Below are positions 1 through 9,863 of a DNA stretch of 64,000 bases, piece after piece; position 1 is the first letter of the stretch, and each line of letters begins with the position of its first letter. Under the pieces are notes generated by a model. The model had not been told where the DNA came from and made no database searches. It was given only the letters and a program-made list of their open reading frames with translations. A program made the position numbers and the translations under genes. The DNA is from Dehalococcoidia bacterium (lineage in GTDB: Bacteria; Chloroflexota; Dehalococcoidia; Plut-88900). The DNA is taken from the NCBI GenBank assembly GCA_965197585.1, contig OZ240215.1, positions 2,208,001 to 2,272,000 of the forward strand. Direction: 5' to 3'.

Positions 1-81
1 CCTCTATAAGGAAATAATGATGGCAGGTGGGGTCCCGATTTATTCTTGGGGTGGGGGGATGATAGTTTTTCACCCTCACGT

Positions 82-110
82 TAGACACTCCCACACCCCT
101 CGGCTATAAT
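82..110 (+). promoter_or_regulatory. sigma70-like promoter of moaD-moaE-tRNA-Ser
   Basis: TAGACA (82-87), 17-nt spacer, TATAAT (105-110). Confidence 0.6.
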
Positions 111-147
111 TGACCCTCAAGAAATCCTGTTATCCGGGGAGGCGGGC

Positions 148-399
148 CTGAGAGTCAACACCCGATTCTTTGCCATTTACCGGGAACGGGCCGGGCTCAA
201 GGAGGAGGACCTCCACCTCGATGAAGGCGCAACCTCCGCCCGACTCGTGGAGCGGCTCTCGGAGTTGCACCCGGGCCTGTTCGAAGGTGGGGGAAGGCTC
301 GTGGTGGCCGTCAACGGGGAGTACGTCCCCATGGACCATGTCCTAGCCGACGGCGACGAGGTTGCCCTGATACCGCCCGTGAGCGGAGGCCGAAGTTGA
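148..399 (+). CDS. moaD: molybdopterin synthase sulfur carrier subunit (MoaD/ThiS family), CTG start
   Basis: Not in the ORF track. Manual translation (M)RVNTRFFAIYRERAG...VAVNGEYV...GDEVALIPPVSGGRS*; GGAGG 5 nt before CTG148; stop overlaps the moaE start (TTGA). Confidence 0.85.
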   Translation: MRVNTRFFAIYRERAGLKEEDLHLDEGATSARLVERLSELHPGLFEGGGRLVVAVNGEYVPMDHVLADGDEVALIPPVSGGRS

Positions 400-836
400 T
401 CAAGATAACCGAACAACCCATCGATGCCGCCGAGTTCATCGCCGCAGTCAACCGGAAGGAGAACGGCGGCCTCGCCGTCTTCCTGGGCACGGTGCGCGAC
501 TTCACTGGCCCGACCCGCCTCGCCTACATGGAATACGACGCCTACAAGGAAATGGCCGAGAAGAAGATGGCGCAGATCGTAGATGAGGCCCGGGCCCGCT
601 GGAACACCCCGGACATCGCCGTCGCCCACCGATTCGGGCGGCTGGAGCTGACCGAGCCCAGCGTCATCATAGCCGTCGGCACACCCCACCGCTCCGAGGC
701 CTTCGAGGCCTGCAGATACGTCATCGACCGCATAAAAGAAGAAGTCCCTATCTGGAAGAAAGAGGTGGACGAGCACGGGCAGGGTGAGTGGGTCGAGGGT
801 TGTGTGCCGTCCGTCAGAGAGCCCGTTTCACATTAG
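396..836 (+). CDS. moaE: molybdopterin synthase catalytic subunit
   Basis: GGLAVFLGTVR, AHRFGRL, HRSEAFEAC, PIWKKE motifs. Confidence 0.93.
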   Translation: MIKITEQPIDAAEFIAAVNRKENGGLAVFLGTVRDFTGPTRLAYMEYDAYKEMAEKKMAQIVDEARARWNTPDIAVAHRFGRLELTEPSVIIAVGTPHRSEAFEACRYVIDRIKEEVPIWKKEVDEHGQGEWVEGCVPSVREPVSH

Positions 837-837
837 C

Positions 838-929
838 GGAGGGATCGCATAGTGGTCTAGTGCGGGCGCCTGCTAAGCGCTTATCTGGGGAAACCTGGAT
901 CGTGGGTTCGAATCCCACTCCCTCCGCCA
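838..929 (+). tRNA. tRNA-Ser(GCT)
   Basis: GGAGGGA/TCCCTCC acceptor stem, anticodon loop CTGCTAA, long variable arm, GTTCGAATC T-loop, G discriminator and encoded CCA. Confidence 0.95.
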
Positions 930-1075
930 CTATCTTCTTTCAGTACATCTCCTATTGTCCCAAGTAGTTCCTGTTTTGTAGCTAATACGCCCTTATATCG
1001 CTCTCACTTTTGCCCCAGCCACCCCCCGATATCCCACATTAAGTGTGGGAATATTTTTTCTACAAGGGGGTACAG

Positions 1076-2224
1076 ATGCCTCTTTCAGCAACTCGGGTTA
1101 AGGCCCTCAAGGAACCGAGTCGCTACTCCGATGGTGGCGGTCTCCACCTGTTTATCAGTAAGGCCAAGCGAAAATCCTGGATTCTGCGCATTACTATCGA
1201 CGGTCGCCGAAGAGATATAGGTCTGGGGGGATACCCCTCCGTAACACTGGCCAATGCTCGGGGAAAGGCTTACTGACACCGAGCTGCAATTGCTGATGGT
1301 CGAGATCCCCTGGCTGAGAAGCGCGTACCTGTAATACCAACATTTAAGGAAGCAGCCTTTAGTTTCCATAGAGAACACAAACCCCAATGGAGTAACCCCA
1401 AGCACGCCGCCAACTGGATTCAGAGCCTTGAACGACACGCCTTTCCCAAGCTGGGCAACATCCCACTGGACCGTATAGACCGCAGCCATGTTGTCGGAGT
1501 CCTGAAACCCATATGGTCTGACATACCTGAGGCGGCCCGACGTGTGCGTCAACGGACGAGGAAAGTATTCGAATGGGCAATCTCAAGTGGACTCATGGAG
1601 GCCAACCCCGCGGGAGATGTCATCAACGCTGCGTTGCCTCGCATGCCAAAGGTGAAGAACCATTTCAGAGCGCTGGCCTATCAAGATGTCGGTTCTGCAC
1701 TTGACAAGGTTGAAGCATCCCAAGGCTCGCTAGCTGCAAAGCTATGCCTGCGGTTCCTGGTTCTCACAGCTGCCCGTTCCGGTGAAGCCAGGGGAGCCAC
1801 CTGGGACGAGATTGAACTCGAGGATCAGGTGTGGCGTATTCCATCCCAGCAGATGAAGGCGGATAAGGACCACCGTGTTCCCCTCTGCAGACAAGCACTC
1901 GAACTGCTTCAGGAAGTTCACAGCCTGCGCGATGAGTCAGGGTTGGTGTTCCCATCCCCTCAGAAGCGGAACGCTCAGCTTTCCGACATGACACTGTTGA
2001 AGCTTCTCCGTTCTATCGACGTAGGGAACCGCCCCACCGTCCACGGGTTTCGCAGTAGCTTCAAGGACTGGGCACTGGAGCAAACAAATTTGCCATGGGC
2101 TGTATCCGAGGCCGCACTTGCTCACACATTGGGCAACTCCACCGAACAGGCTTATGCCAGGTCCGACCTCTTTGAGCGTCGGCGTGTGTTGATGCAGTCC
2201 TGGGCAGACTACGTAATCGGATGA
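1076..2224 (+). pseudogene. P4-type tyrosine integrase with in-frame TGA at 1274-1276
   Basis: Arm-binding N-terminus (YSDGGGLHL, IGLGGYPSVTLANAR) and catalytic part (ARSGE, HGFR, LAH, AY) lie in one frame broken by a single stop. Confidence 0.9.
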
Positions 2225-2300
2225 CTTCCAGGAGTTCGGGGCACAGTAGTAACGGAGCTAGCTCTCGTCCTTAAGGCACTATCCAGACCTCCTTGGGCGG

Positions 2301-2492
2301 TCAAGATTCTCCGCCTTTCGATAGCCGGGATTCCATCCAGTCGTCGATGTCGCTTTCCCTCCACCTCACGGCCTTGGAACTGACGTACACCCGCTCGGGG
2401 AATTCGCCCAGTGGCATAAGACGGTAGATGGACGAGTCGCTCAGTCCGGTGATCCTCTCAACTTCTCGACGTCTCAGAAGTCTGTCTCGCAT
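2301..2492 (-). CDS. AlpA family regulator / recombination directionality factor
   Basis: MRDRLLRRREVERITGLSDSSIYRLM...FPERV...VRWRESDIDDW. Confidence 0.85.
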   Translation of the reverse strand: MRDRLLRRREVERITGLSDSSIYRLMPLGEFPERVYVSSKAVRWRESDIDDWMESRLSKGGES

Positions 2493-3226
2493 TGTTATCG
2501 CCTCCTCATCTCTTCCAACTGGTGGCAGAGTTTGATTGCCCGTATCTTGGAGTCCCGCCTCTGGAAGAGAGTTTTGGGCGAGGTGTCGCCTTTGACCTTC
2601 ACCCCTTTCCCCTTCTCTTTCGGTATGTTTCGACTCCTGTCCTTCGATTGCCGCATGAGGTAATGCTGGCGGTTTCCTCCACTTCAAGCGCAGAACCTTG
2701 GACACACACCTTCTGACGGTTGCAGCCTTACGTTTGGATGTGGCCTTATCCATGCTGTCTCCGGTTCTGCAGTCCAACATTGCTTTGGCCGCTCTTTTCT
2801 TTTCACTCATGGTTCACTCCGTTCTCTTTGGTGGCTCTCGGTCAAGTTGATGAGCGCCAATGCCATTGTGTCCTTGGTGCAATTGATGATTACAACCCTA
2901 AGATAAGCCCTTAGCAGCACTTTGGACCCACTCAAAAGGATCGAAACCCCCTTTAGCGTTACATCAGGGGGTCAAAAGAGTGGGAATTGAGGTTGAGATG
3001 CCGGTATAGGAACCCGTGTTCCCTTGAATGAGGGTGAGCCATTGAGGCTGCAGAGAATTGTGGAAACGTACTTGATGCACCGAAGTGCTACCTGTCCTAG
3101 GGCTGGCCGGGTCGTGGGGAGAGGTTCAGTACTGGCCACACCTACGGCCTGCGTCTGCCCGACTCTCAGGTCGGTGGGCACTACACGATACTCCTAGCCA
3201 TTGGGACGAACCATCAAGGTCCGGTC

Positions 3227-3535
3227 GATGGAGTCCACGCAGTAGGTCTTTCTGCCATTTCATTCTGGGAGATGGCCATGCTACGGTACAAGGGCCGCAT
3301 GAGGCACCCCGACGATGTCGCCAAGTGGCGGCAGGAACAGCTCCATCAGGGCTTGATCGAAATTCCAGTGGACGGAGAAATAGGAATCCGCGCCTACAAC
3401 CTGGCAGATTTTCACCCTGACCCCGCCGACCGCATCATCGTGGCGACGGCCCTGGAGGGCCACCAGCTCATCACCGCCGACGACCGCATCCTCCGTTGGC
3501 CGGGAGACCTGAGCAGGCTGGACGCCAGGAGATGA
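3227..3535 (+). pseudogene. 5'-truncated PIN-domain (VapC) toxin
   Basis: SAISFWEMAML...DPADRIIVATA...LITADDRI; no N-terminal DT motif or antitoxin seen. Confidence 0.7.
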
Positions 3536-3813
3536 CGAGGACATCGCCAAACATGCTTACTTGTCGAAAGACATTCCTAAAGTTATCTTCCGTGACCGTA
3601 CCAACAATCTGGTGACGGTTACAGAACCGCATCCGATGCAACCGTCCGGACTCCAGGTCAACCGCCTGGGAATACCACAGGCTCCTGCATAATCATCTAT
3701 TGCCAAACTTGCTGGCCAGCTTCCTAGGCAAGTCAACTAAGAGCCCATGCCTTTCGGATTAGGCAATTCGTATGAGGTGCCCAAGCCAGATGTTGAGCAC
3801 GCTGAAATAGGAA

Positions 3814-4738
3814 TCAGAGCGCCGCAGCCACCTCGAGAAATCGCTCATATCTCTCTGATAGGAAAACGGTAGACGGCTGTTCCGCCAGTCTTGACGGCAA
3901 TACGATGGATTGCCCGTGAAGTCCCTGGATGGCGTGCCGCAGGGTTGGCCCATCGATCTCTTCAAGCACATCCCGGCGGACTTCGAGGATGCGGTCCGGC
4001 CTGACTCCCAGAAAGAACTTGTCGAAGGCCGCATTGTGCAGCCGGCACAGCGATATGCCGTTACTGACGACGGGTTCACCCTTATGGTCCGAATCAGGAA
4101 TTATGTGGGCGGCATCGAGCAGTTCGCTGTGGCGCAGGCGGCAGAAAGCACACTGGTGTCGGTAAACACTAAGCACACGCTCACGGAATGGGCTCTGATG
4201 AAGGCGGCGACGGATCAGCGACGTCACGTATTGGCGGCGCGCCTCTGCAGCTACTTTCACGCCGCTCCCATGGCGGGGAAAGATATCGGCCTGGGTGACG
4301 TCGTCTACCGTCACCGAGAAGGAGAGGTCATCGGGGGAGTCACGGACTAGGTAGACGGGCCACAAGACTACATATCTGCCAGGCACGACGCCGTGGCAAT
4401 ACACCGGTGGAAGCTCATGGTGCATTGCGAAGCGTAGACCAACGTTATCAGGGTGCTGGGGGTTCACTCCCCTATAGCGGTAGCGGAGCAGGTTATCGGG
4501 GCCTATCCCATCGTCGTAGGGTCCCTTGGGCGATGTGGTTATGGACAGCGGCACCTGCATCAGGGCTGGTTTTGAAGATTCCCTGTGGTCCCAGCAGCAG
4601 CACGCGTCGCCCGTCAATATTGAATCCCCGGGCAAGAACTTCCCGAGGCACGACCTCGCCATGGTGTTCGACTTGTACAGCCAACCACTCAAATGCTGCC
4701 GCCCTCACTCTTGCATCGTGGTCTTGGTCGAAGTCCAT
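3814..4738 (-). pseudogene. HNH restriction-type endonuclease with SRA-like N-domain, frameshifted near 4570
   Basis: 4493-4738 N-terminus (GPQGIFK) shifts into the 3814-4692 frame; FRERVL..Y..CAFC..LDAAHI..NGISLCRLH. Confidence 0.75.
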
Positions 4739-4991
4739 GCTCCTGTCTCTGTGAGCAGTCCCGTTCGGTCATCGGAGTATACGCTTAATTCAGGAGAGGA
4801 AGATTTCTTAGAAGTCTGATCGAGGGAAAGGCTTCACCGTGGGAGTGAACAATTTGTCACCGCTCGCGTTAACAAGGACAGCTGAGAGGCAATCGCAAGT
4901 CTTTGTTGCCAGGGAGCCGTGGGACCATCGTCTTAATTTCACCTATATTCAGCCCAACTGATGGAGGCAGGCCACTTCGACCAAATGAATA

Positions 4992-5307
4992 GTGAGCCTT
5001 TTGAACCTACCTCGGCCGGACGTGAACGAACCGCCGTGTGAGATAGTTTCAGACTCGGAAGCGTCCACTGTGGCCTTCGTCAGCTATTACAACTACCGGC
5101 GCTATTACAATACCCTGGGCAACGTGACGCCCTCCGAAGTCTTCAGGGGAAGACGGCAGGATATCCTGCGACACAGCAAGCAGGTGCAGGGCCAAACAAT
5201 CCAACGGCGAAGACACCACAATAGGGCCTTCATGGAGCTCACAAGACCTTTATCCACTGCCTGATCCCTCGGGTCCCAAGGTGTCCCACTTTCACTGATT
5301 GCCGACA
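4992..5307 (+). pseudogene. C-terminal remnant of an rve-type (IS3/IS481-like) transposase
   Basis: YYNYRRYYNTLGNVTPSEVFRGRRQDIL. Confidence 0.65.
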
Positions 5308-5427
5308 CCCATGGCCAGCCTCTACCTTAACGGCAGGGATCTTCTCGGCTTCCACATCCGTCCTTATACGAAGAGGAAGCTTCCTGGCCGACGCGTGGGC
5401 CCAAATCACCAGTCCCGAGAGGAGAAT

Positions 5428-5889
5428 ATGCGAATCTTCAGAACCGGCCTAGTCCTACTAATCGGCATCGCCCTCGTCGCTGTGGCCGCGTGCCAGCCGG
5501 ACGGACATATTGACACCTTAGGTCAACGCATGGACTCCCTGGACCAAAGGCTGATGGCCATTGAGGCCGGTATGGCGGCTCTGCGCAGCGGCGAAACCGG
5601 GGAGTTGACCACCGACAACGATTTGACGGGCTGGGAAGCAGTGCATGTGATGGAAGTCACGGTCGGACCAAAGCTGTTGGACTGTGTAGGTGTGGGCCCG
5701 CGGAAGTGCCTGGAGGTGAATGGCCAACTCTTCTACGAGGGCATCGATGGATTCAAGCATGAGGAGGGTTACACCTACCGGCTGAAGATCGAGCGGTACG
5801 ACGCTTTCCCGGACGAGGAGGAGCCCCCTCAGGACGCCTCTAGGTACGGCTATCGCCTAATCGAAGTCATAAGCAAGACTGGTAGTTAG
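5428..5889 (+). CDS. DUF4377-like lipoprotein
   Basis: GAGGAG RBS, lipobox VAAC, DCVGVGPRKCLEV..IDGFKHEEGYTYRL..DAS..YRLIEV. Confidence 0.75.
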   Translation: MRIFRTGLVLLIGIALVAVAACQPDGHIDTLGQRMDSLDQRLMAIEAGMAALRSGETGELTTDNDLTGWEAVHVMEVTVGPKLLDCVGVGPRKCLEVNGQLFYEGIDGFKHEEGYTYRLKIERYDAFPDEEEPPQDASRYGYRLIEVISKTGS

Positions 5890-6441
5890 ACTCTGAAGAC
5901 GCCACTTGAGTTCGGCATCTAGCACGAGTTCGGTAATGTAGCTTGCGATCCGGGCAGTCGACAGCAGTCAGTCCATGGCGAAGGCCTACCGATTCCTCAA
6001 ACTGGGATTTCCCTCCGAAAAGTTCGCAATTTAGTCTGCTTAGGCCCACCAAACGAGGTACGCTCTCTCCTTGCTTGAGGAGACAAAAGGCCACCACCAG
6101 CTCAAACACGGTATTGCCTACCGTCAACCCCGCCGCCCGGGCTCCTGCCGCCGGAACCTCCCCGTGATGCACCAGTGTACCTGATCAATGCCACCGGCCC
6201 ACTTCCGCCACTTCATCCCCATGACCTGCCACAGCCTCACCTCATCAACACTCAACTGCCCTGATTCTACCCGCTCTTAAACTACGGCTGTAGCACTAGT
6301 GATGCAACCAACTAACACCGAATTGGCTCATTCGGTCTCAAATTCGGCATGGTTTCGTTAGTATTTGAGACGTTGTTCTTAGCCGGACGTTGCGATTTCA
6401 GGACCATCCGACGCTCCAAGTGACCACCTGGGGCTCTAGTG

Positions 6442-7356
6442 CTACGCTGAGAGCGCTGCGGAGACGCCCTCTATTTTCCCCGGCCCCGATGTAGTGAGCT
6501 CACCGACCGCTTTGACGATGTTCGGGTGCTGCAATCCAGACACGAGGAAGGTCCACCGGCACGCCCGCTGCGTATTCGTCGTGATCTCCTCTTTCTCGGC
6601 AGCCGTGAACGTCCGTCCTGTCACCCTCTCAAGAGCTTCTATGTTCAGCCCAATCTGCTGTGCCAGCAGCCCGTCGATCGCCCCACCAAGCTCCAGAACC
6701 TCATCGATCGCACTCTCCCGCTCTTCAAGGGTCAAGTTCTCGGCTACTTCGCCGATTACCAACGTGTCCAGCTTGGCGTGCTGCGCCTCTTCAATCCAAT
6801 GAAACCTCAAGAGGTCCCGGACCAGCCCATCAAGGTCCGAGTCGTCGCGCACATGCTCTATGTAGTGGAGCTGGGTGAACCATTCGATAATCGCGGTCAA
6901 TAGCATGACGGCCAGCTTCGACTTGCTCCGAACTACTTTCGCCACCTCTTCCCGACCAGGGATTAAGTCGCACTCACTGCCGAAACCCCGGCCGAAGAGT
7001 TCAACCGATTTCCGAAACAGCTCCTGATGCTTGAGTTCTTCCTCAGCGAACCGCAACAACGAGCGGGCTTTGACTTCATCCCCATAGATATCCTTCATGG
7101 CCTCTTCCGTGACGGTGGGGATGATAAACTCCTCCACGAACGCGAAGATGTGGCAGTAGCCGTTACCCATAATCTGATTCAGCTGACGCCTCTCGTTGTC
7201 GTTTAAACATCCGATCTCGTCCACACCGGTCAGCTTGTTGGGGAGGAAGCGTTTCGAGAAGTCGAAATTCTTGTCGGCCAAAACATCGTCTTCCAACCAG
7301 GAGACCCTCTTCGAAATGTCCAGACATCCTTGGTACGTGTAGTTGTGGGAAAGCAT
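6442..7356 (-). CDS. ferritin-like diiron oxygenase (AurF-like superfamily)
   Basis: FVEE, EEELKH and EEAQH carboxylate/His motifs; AGGAGG RBS. Confidence 0.75.
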   Translation of the reverse strand: MLSHNYTYQGCLDISKRVSWLEDDVLADKNFDFSKRFLPNKLTGVDEIGCLNDNERRQLNQIMGNGYCHIFAFVEEFIIPTVTEEAMKDIYGDEVKARSLLRFAEEELKHQELFRKSVELFGRGFGSECDLIPGREEVAKVVRSKSKLAVMLLTAIIEWFTQLHYIEHVRDDSDLDGLVRDLLRFHWIEEAQHAKLDTLVIGEVAENLTLEERESAIDEVLELGGAIDGLLAQQIGLNIEALERVTGRTFTAAEKEEITTNTQRACRWTFLVSGLQHPNIVKAVGELTTSGPGKIEGVSAALSA

Positions 7357-7643
7357 GGGTTCCTCCTTGTATCGGGCCTTTCGCTGGGATCCTCCATACT
7401 CGGCTGACCGGATCCAACACTTACCCATTATATAGGTGACGGCCATAGGACTTTCACTCACGAATGCGGGCAAACTCTCTATCAAGCTCGCAGATCCATC
7501 CGGGGAGCGGTCTAAACTGGGTGATCGATGGGCACATCCCGTCGCCCGAGGTCACAAAATTACCGAAGTAGCTTCCACTCCAGAGGGCAGCTTGCGCCAC
7601 CAACTGGTACTCGAACTCACGAATGACTAATAGGCATGGTTCG

Positions 7644-8075
7644 CTAGAGTGATAGACTGAACCTCACCGCAAAGGTTCTGCCTTTCTTACGGTCGGGGTC
7701 CGTAGCTTGGTGCAGCTCAAGTTTGCGCGCTGGCCTAGATCGGGTAATGGAATGCTGCCGTTCCTCTTCAGCTTGCCGCTGGACCGCCTGCGTATTTGCC
7801 TGCTGAAGTCCTTGTGCCCCTATCGAGGCTGGCTCTAAGCTCTCTAGTAGTCTTGTTAACAGATTATGAGTTGTCGGTCGTGCTTGCGGGCCCCTTGTAA
7901 AGGCACTGGCCAACCAAGGATTGCAGTTTGACGGGAATCCCTGGGATTGACTCGGGCTTGTCCTCCATGTGTTGCCGTCTGTAGTCAGGGCCTAGCAACG
8001 GTGGGTGTCCGACAAGCAACTCATAGGCCACCACGCCTGTGGCGCATACATCCGTCGCACTGATGGCTCGCTCTT
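7644..8075 (-). pseudogene. Ser/Thr protein kinase C-lobe remnant
   Basis: ATDVCATGVVAYELLVGHPP..LVGQCL..P.ARPT split by a frameshift. Confidence 0.65.
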
Positions 8076-8130
8076 CACGCCCACCGCTCGACGGCCTGGG
8101 CGCCGACAGCAACACCTGGATGGTCAGCCA

Positions 8131-8979
8131 TTACTCTTCGACTGCGATAAACCTGCAAGGCGATGCGCCACCTTGCTTGATCAGCAAGGGCAGCATGATC
8201 ATCTTAACCCTTCCTGATGTGATCTGATACGCATTAACGAGGCACTTGCAAATAGCGATAGTTTTCACCATCAGCTCCGCATAGCCGCCGCGACCTATCG
8301 AAGGGGGCATATCAGGATACACTGCCTTGGGGATTTCGATTTCCATCAGCCGTTCTCTCGCCTCCGCCGATGGCCACGGCTTGGGGCGAGGGATTATACG
8401 CTCCTCTCCAACCGACCACCTGTATCCCTGATAGGCCGCGGTCATGATCAACGAGGCATCAGTCATGATGACGCCGCTCTTCTTGGCTTCCATTATCTCG
8501 GCCACCCGGACGCAGGCTTCGTAACTCCAGGAGGGAGATACAACGCAATAATCGTTTCCGAGCTCATACGCTTTTTCAGTGGTCGCCCATCCCGTCCGGA
8601 CCAGTACATCGTCGCCTTCCCGGTAGTCCGCCCTGCTTACCGCCTCGTCGATCTCTTCAGCGGTAATGACATGGTAGTCCTCGCCGGGGACGTCCAAGAC
8701 CACCGTATCCCGAAGGATCAGCCTTTCCAAGGGGATTTCATCCAGTCTCCACGGGTATATTGACTCAGCACTTTCAGGAGCCAGTTCATGTGGAGCGCCC
8801 TGGTACGGAGTCATGAACGGACTGGCCGTTTCGTCATCAACCTTGATGTGCGTCATTCGGATGCCGTTCTGGTCGTAAAACATGTATTCAAAGAATTGGA
8901 CGGGGGTGTTCTCGATGGGCAGGATCTCTCCGTAGCCCGCACCCTCCCAAATCGGCATAGATAGGTCTATGAGACGCAT
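8131..8979 (-). CDS. cyclase family (kynurenine formamidase-like fold) protein, atypical active site
   Basis: MRLIDLSMPI, GDDVLVRTGW, LPLLIKQGGASPCRFIA. Confidence 0.75.
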   Translation of the reverse strand: MRLIDLSMPIWEGAGYGEILPIENTPVQFFEYMFYDQNGIRMTHIKVDDETASPFMTPYQGAPHELAPESAESIYPWRLDEIPLERLILRDTVVLDVPGEDYHVITAEEIDEAVSRADYREGDDVLVRTGWATTEKAYELGNDYCVVSPSWSYEACVRVAEIMEAKKSGVIMTDASLIMTAAYQGYRWSVGEERIIPRPKPWPSAEARERLMEIEIPKAVYPDMPPSIGRGGYAELMVKTIAICKCLVNAYQITSGRVKMIMLPLLIKQGGASPCRFIAVEE

Positions 8980-8992
8980 AGGTTCACCACAT

Positions 8993-9778
8993 TCAATCCT
9001 CAGTAGCTACGACCCGACACGTGGACCCAATGCCCCGTACGAGCTTAAGAGGGCCCACTATGATACGAATGCGAGAGCTTTGAATAGCCCCACAATTAAC
9101 GAGGCGTTTCGCCGTCATGATTCCAGCCCCGGCCAAGGCAAGCGCCGCAGCGTAGTCATTCGCCATTTTTTCCGAGGTGTACGTGCGCAAATACCCTTCT
9201 GCCCTTGGGGAAGGCCAAGGCTCCGGTTGCCTTGTCATCGGAAGCCATTCAGGGATGAGGTGTTTCTCCGGCAAGGCAATGAGCGCCATATCGGTTAGCA
9301 GCAAGTCGCTCCCCCGGTCCTGCATTTTCCGCGCCAGGTGCGTCGCACCTTCAATAGAAAGATGCGGCGTGCCCACCATATATCGGGTGCCAGCGCGTTG
9401 GTACCAGTCCTTGTCACCCCACCCTGTCCTCAAGAGGATCGCATCGCCGGGACGGAATTCCGCTCCGGTAAATGCTGCATCGATATCATCAGGGGAGATA
9501 TCGTCGCCTTCTTCTTTCGGGAGATTCACGACCACTGTCTCTCGAAGAACCAGTTTTTCTATGGCCACCTCATGAAGCCGAGCGGTCTTGCGGTATTCGG
9601 TAAACTGAGACGGCATGGTTAGACATGTGCCGGTCTCAGTCCCAAGAGAGATGCCTTTGTCCGGACGCCTATTCGGGCCGAGAATCGTGGAGGAAAGGAC
9701 AAAGGGGGTCGCAGTGGGAAAGATCTCGTCCGGCATGTGCTCGTAGTCCAAGGGCATGGAGAGTTCCAGAAATCGCAT
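8993..9778 (-). CDS. cyclase family protein, atypical active site
   Basis: MRFLELSMPL, GDAILLRTGW, PLKLVRGIGSTCRVVA. Confidence 0.75.
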   Translation of the reverse strand: MRFLELSMPLDYEHMPDEIFPTATPFVLSSTILGPNRRPDKGISLGTETGTCLTMPSQFTEYRKTARLHEVAIEKLVLRETVVVNLPKEEGDDISPDDIDAAFTGAEFRPGDAILLRTGWGDKDWYQRAGTRYMVGTPHLSIEGATHLARKMQDRGSDLLLTDMALIALPEKHLIPEWLPMTRQPEPWPSPRAEGYLRTYTSEKMANDYAAALALAGAGIMTAKRLVNCGAIQSSRIRIIVGPLKLVRGIGSTCRVVATED

Positions 9779-9863
9779 AGCTCTCCCTCCTTCTCAACTT
9801 ACAAAACAAATGCTCAGGGGCAGAGAAGCCGCAACGCGCCTTAGAGTAGACAAGCTGGGGGTG

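Noticed and set aside
1274-1276. In-frame TGA in the integrase as selenocysteine or readthrough
   Set aside because: Non-catalytic helical position in a protein family without Sec; surrounding island is full of lesions
2493-2810. N-terminal extension of the AlpA ORF (169 aa)
   Set aside because: GAGG RBS precedes ATG2492 and the AlpA homology starts there
5900-6270. Possible VOC/glyoxalase gene fragment on the minus strand
   Set aside because: Too short and degenerate to support
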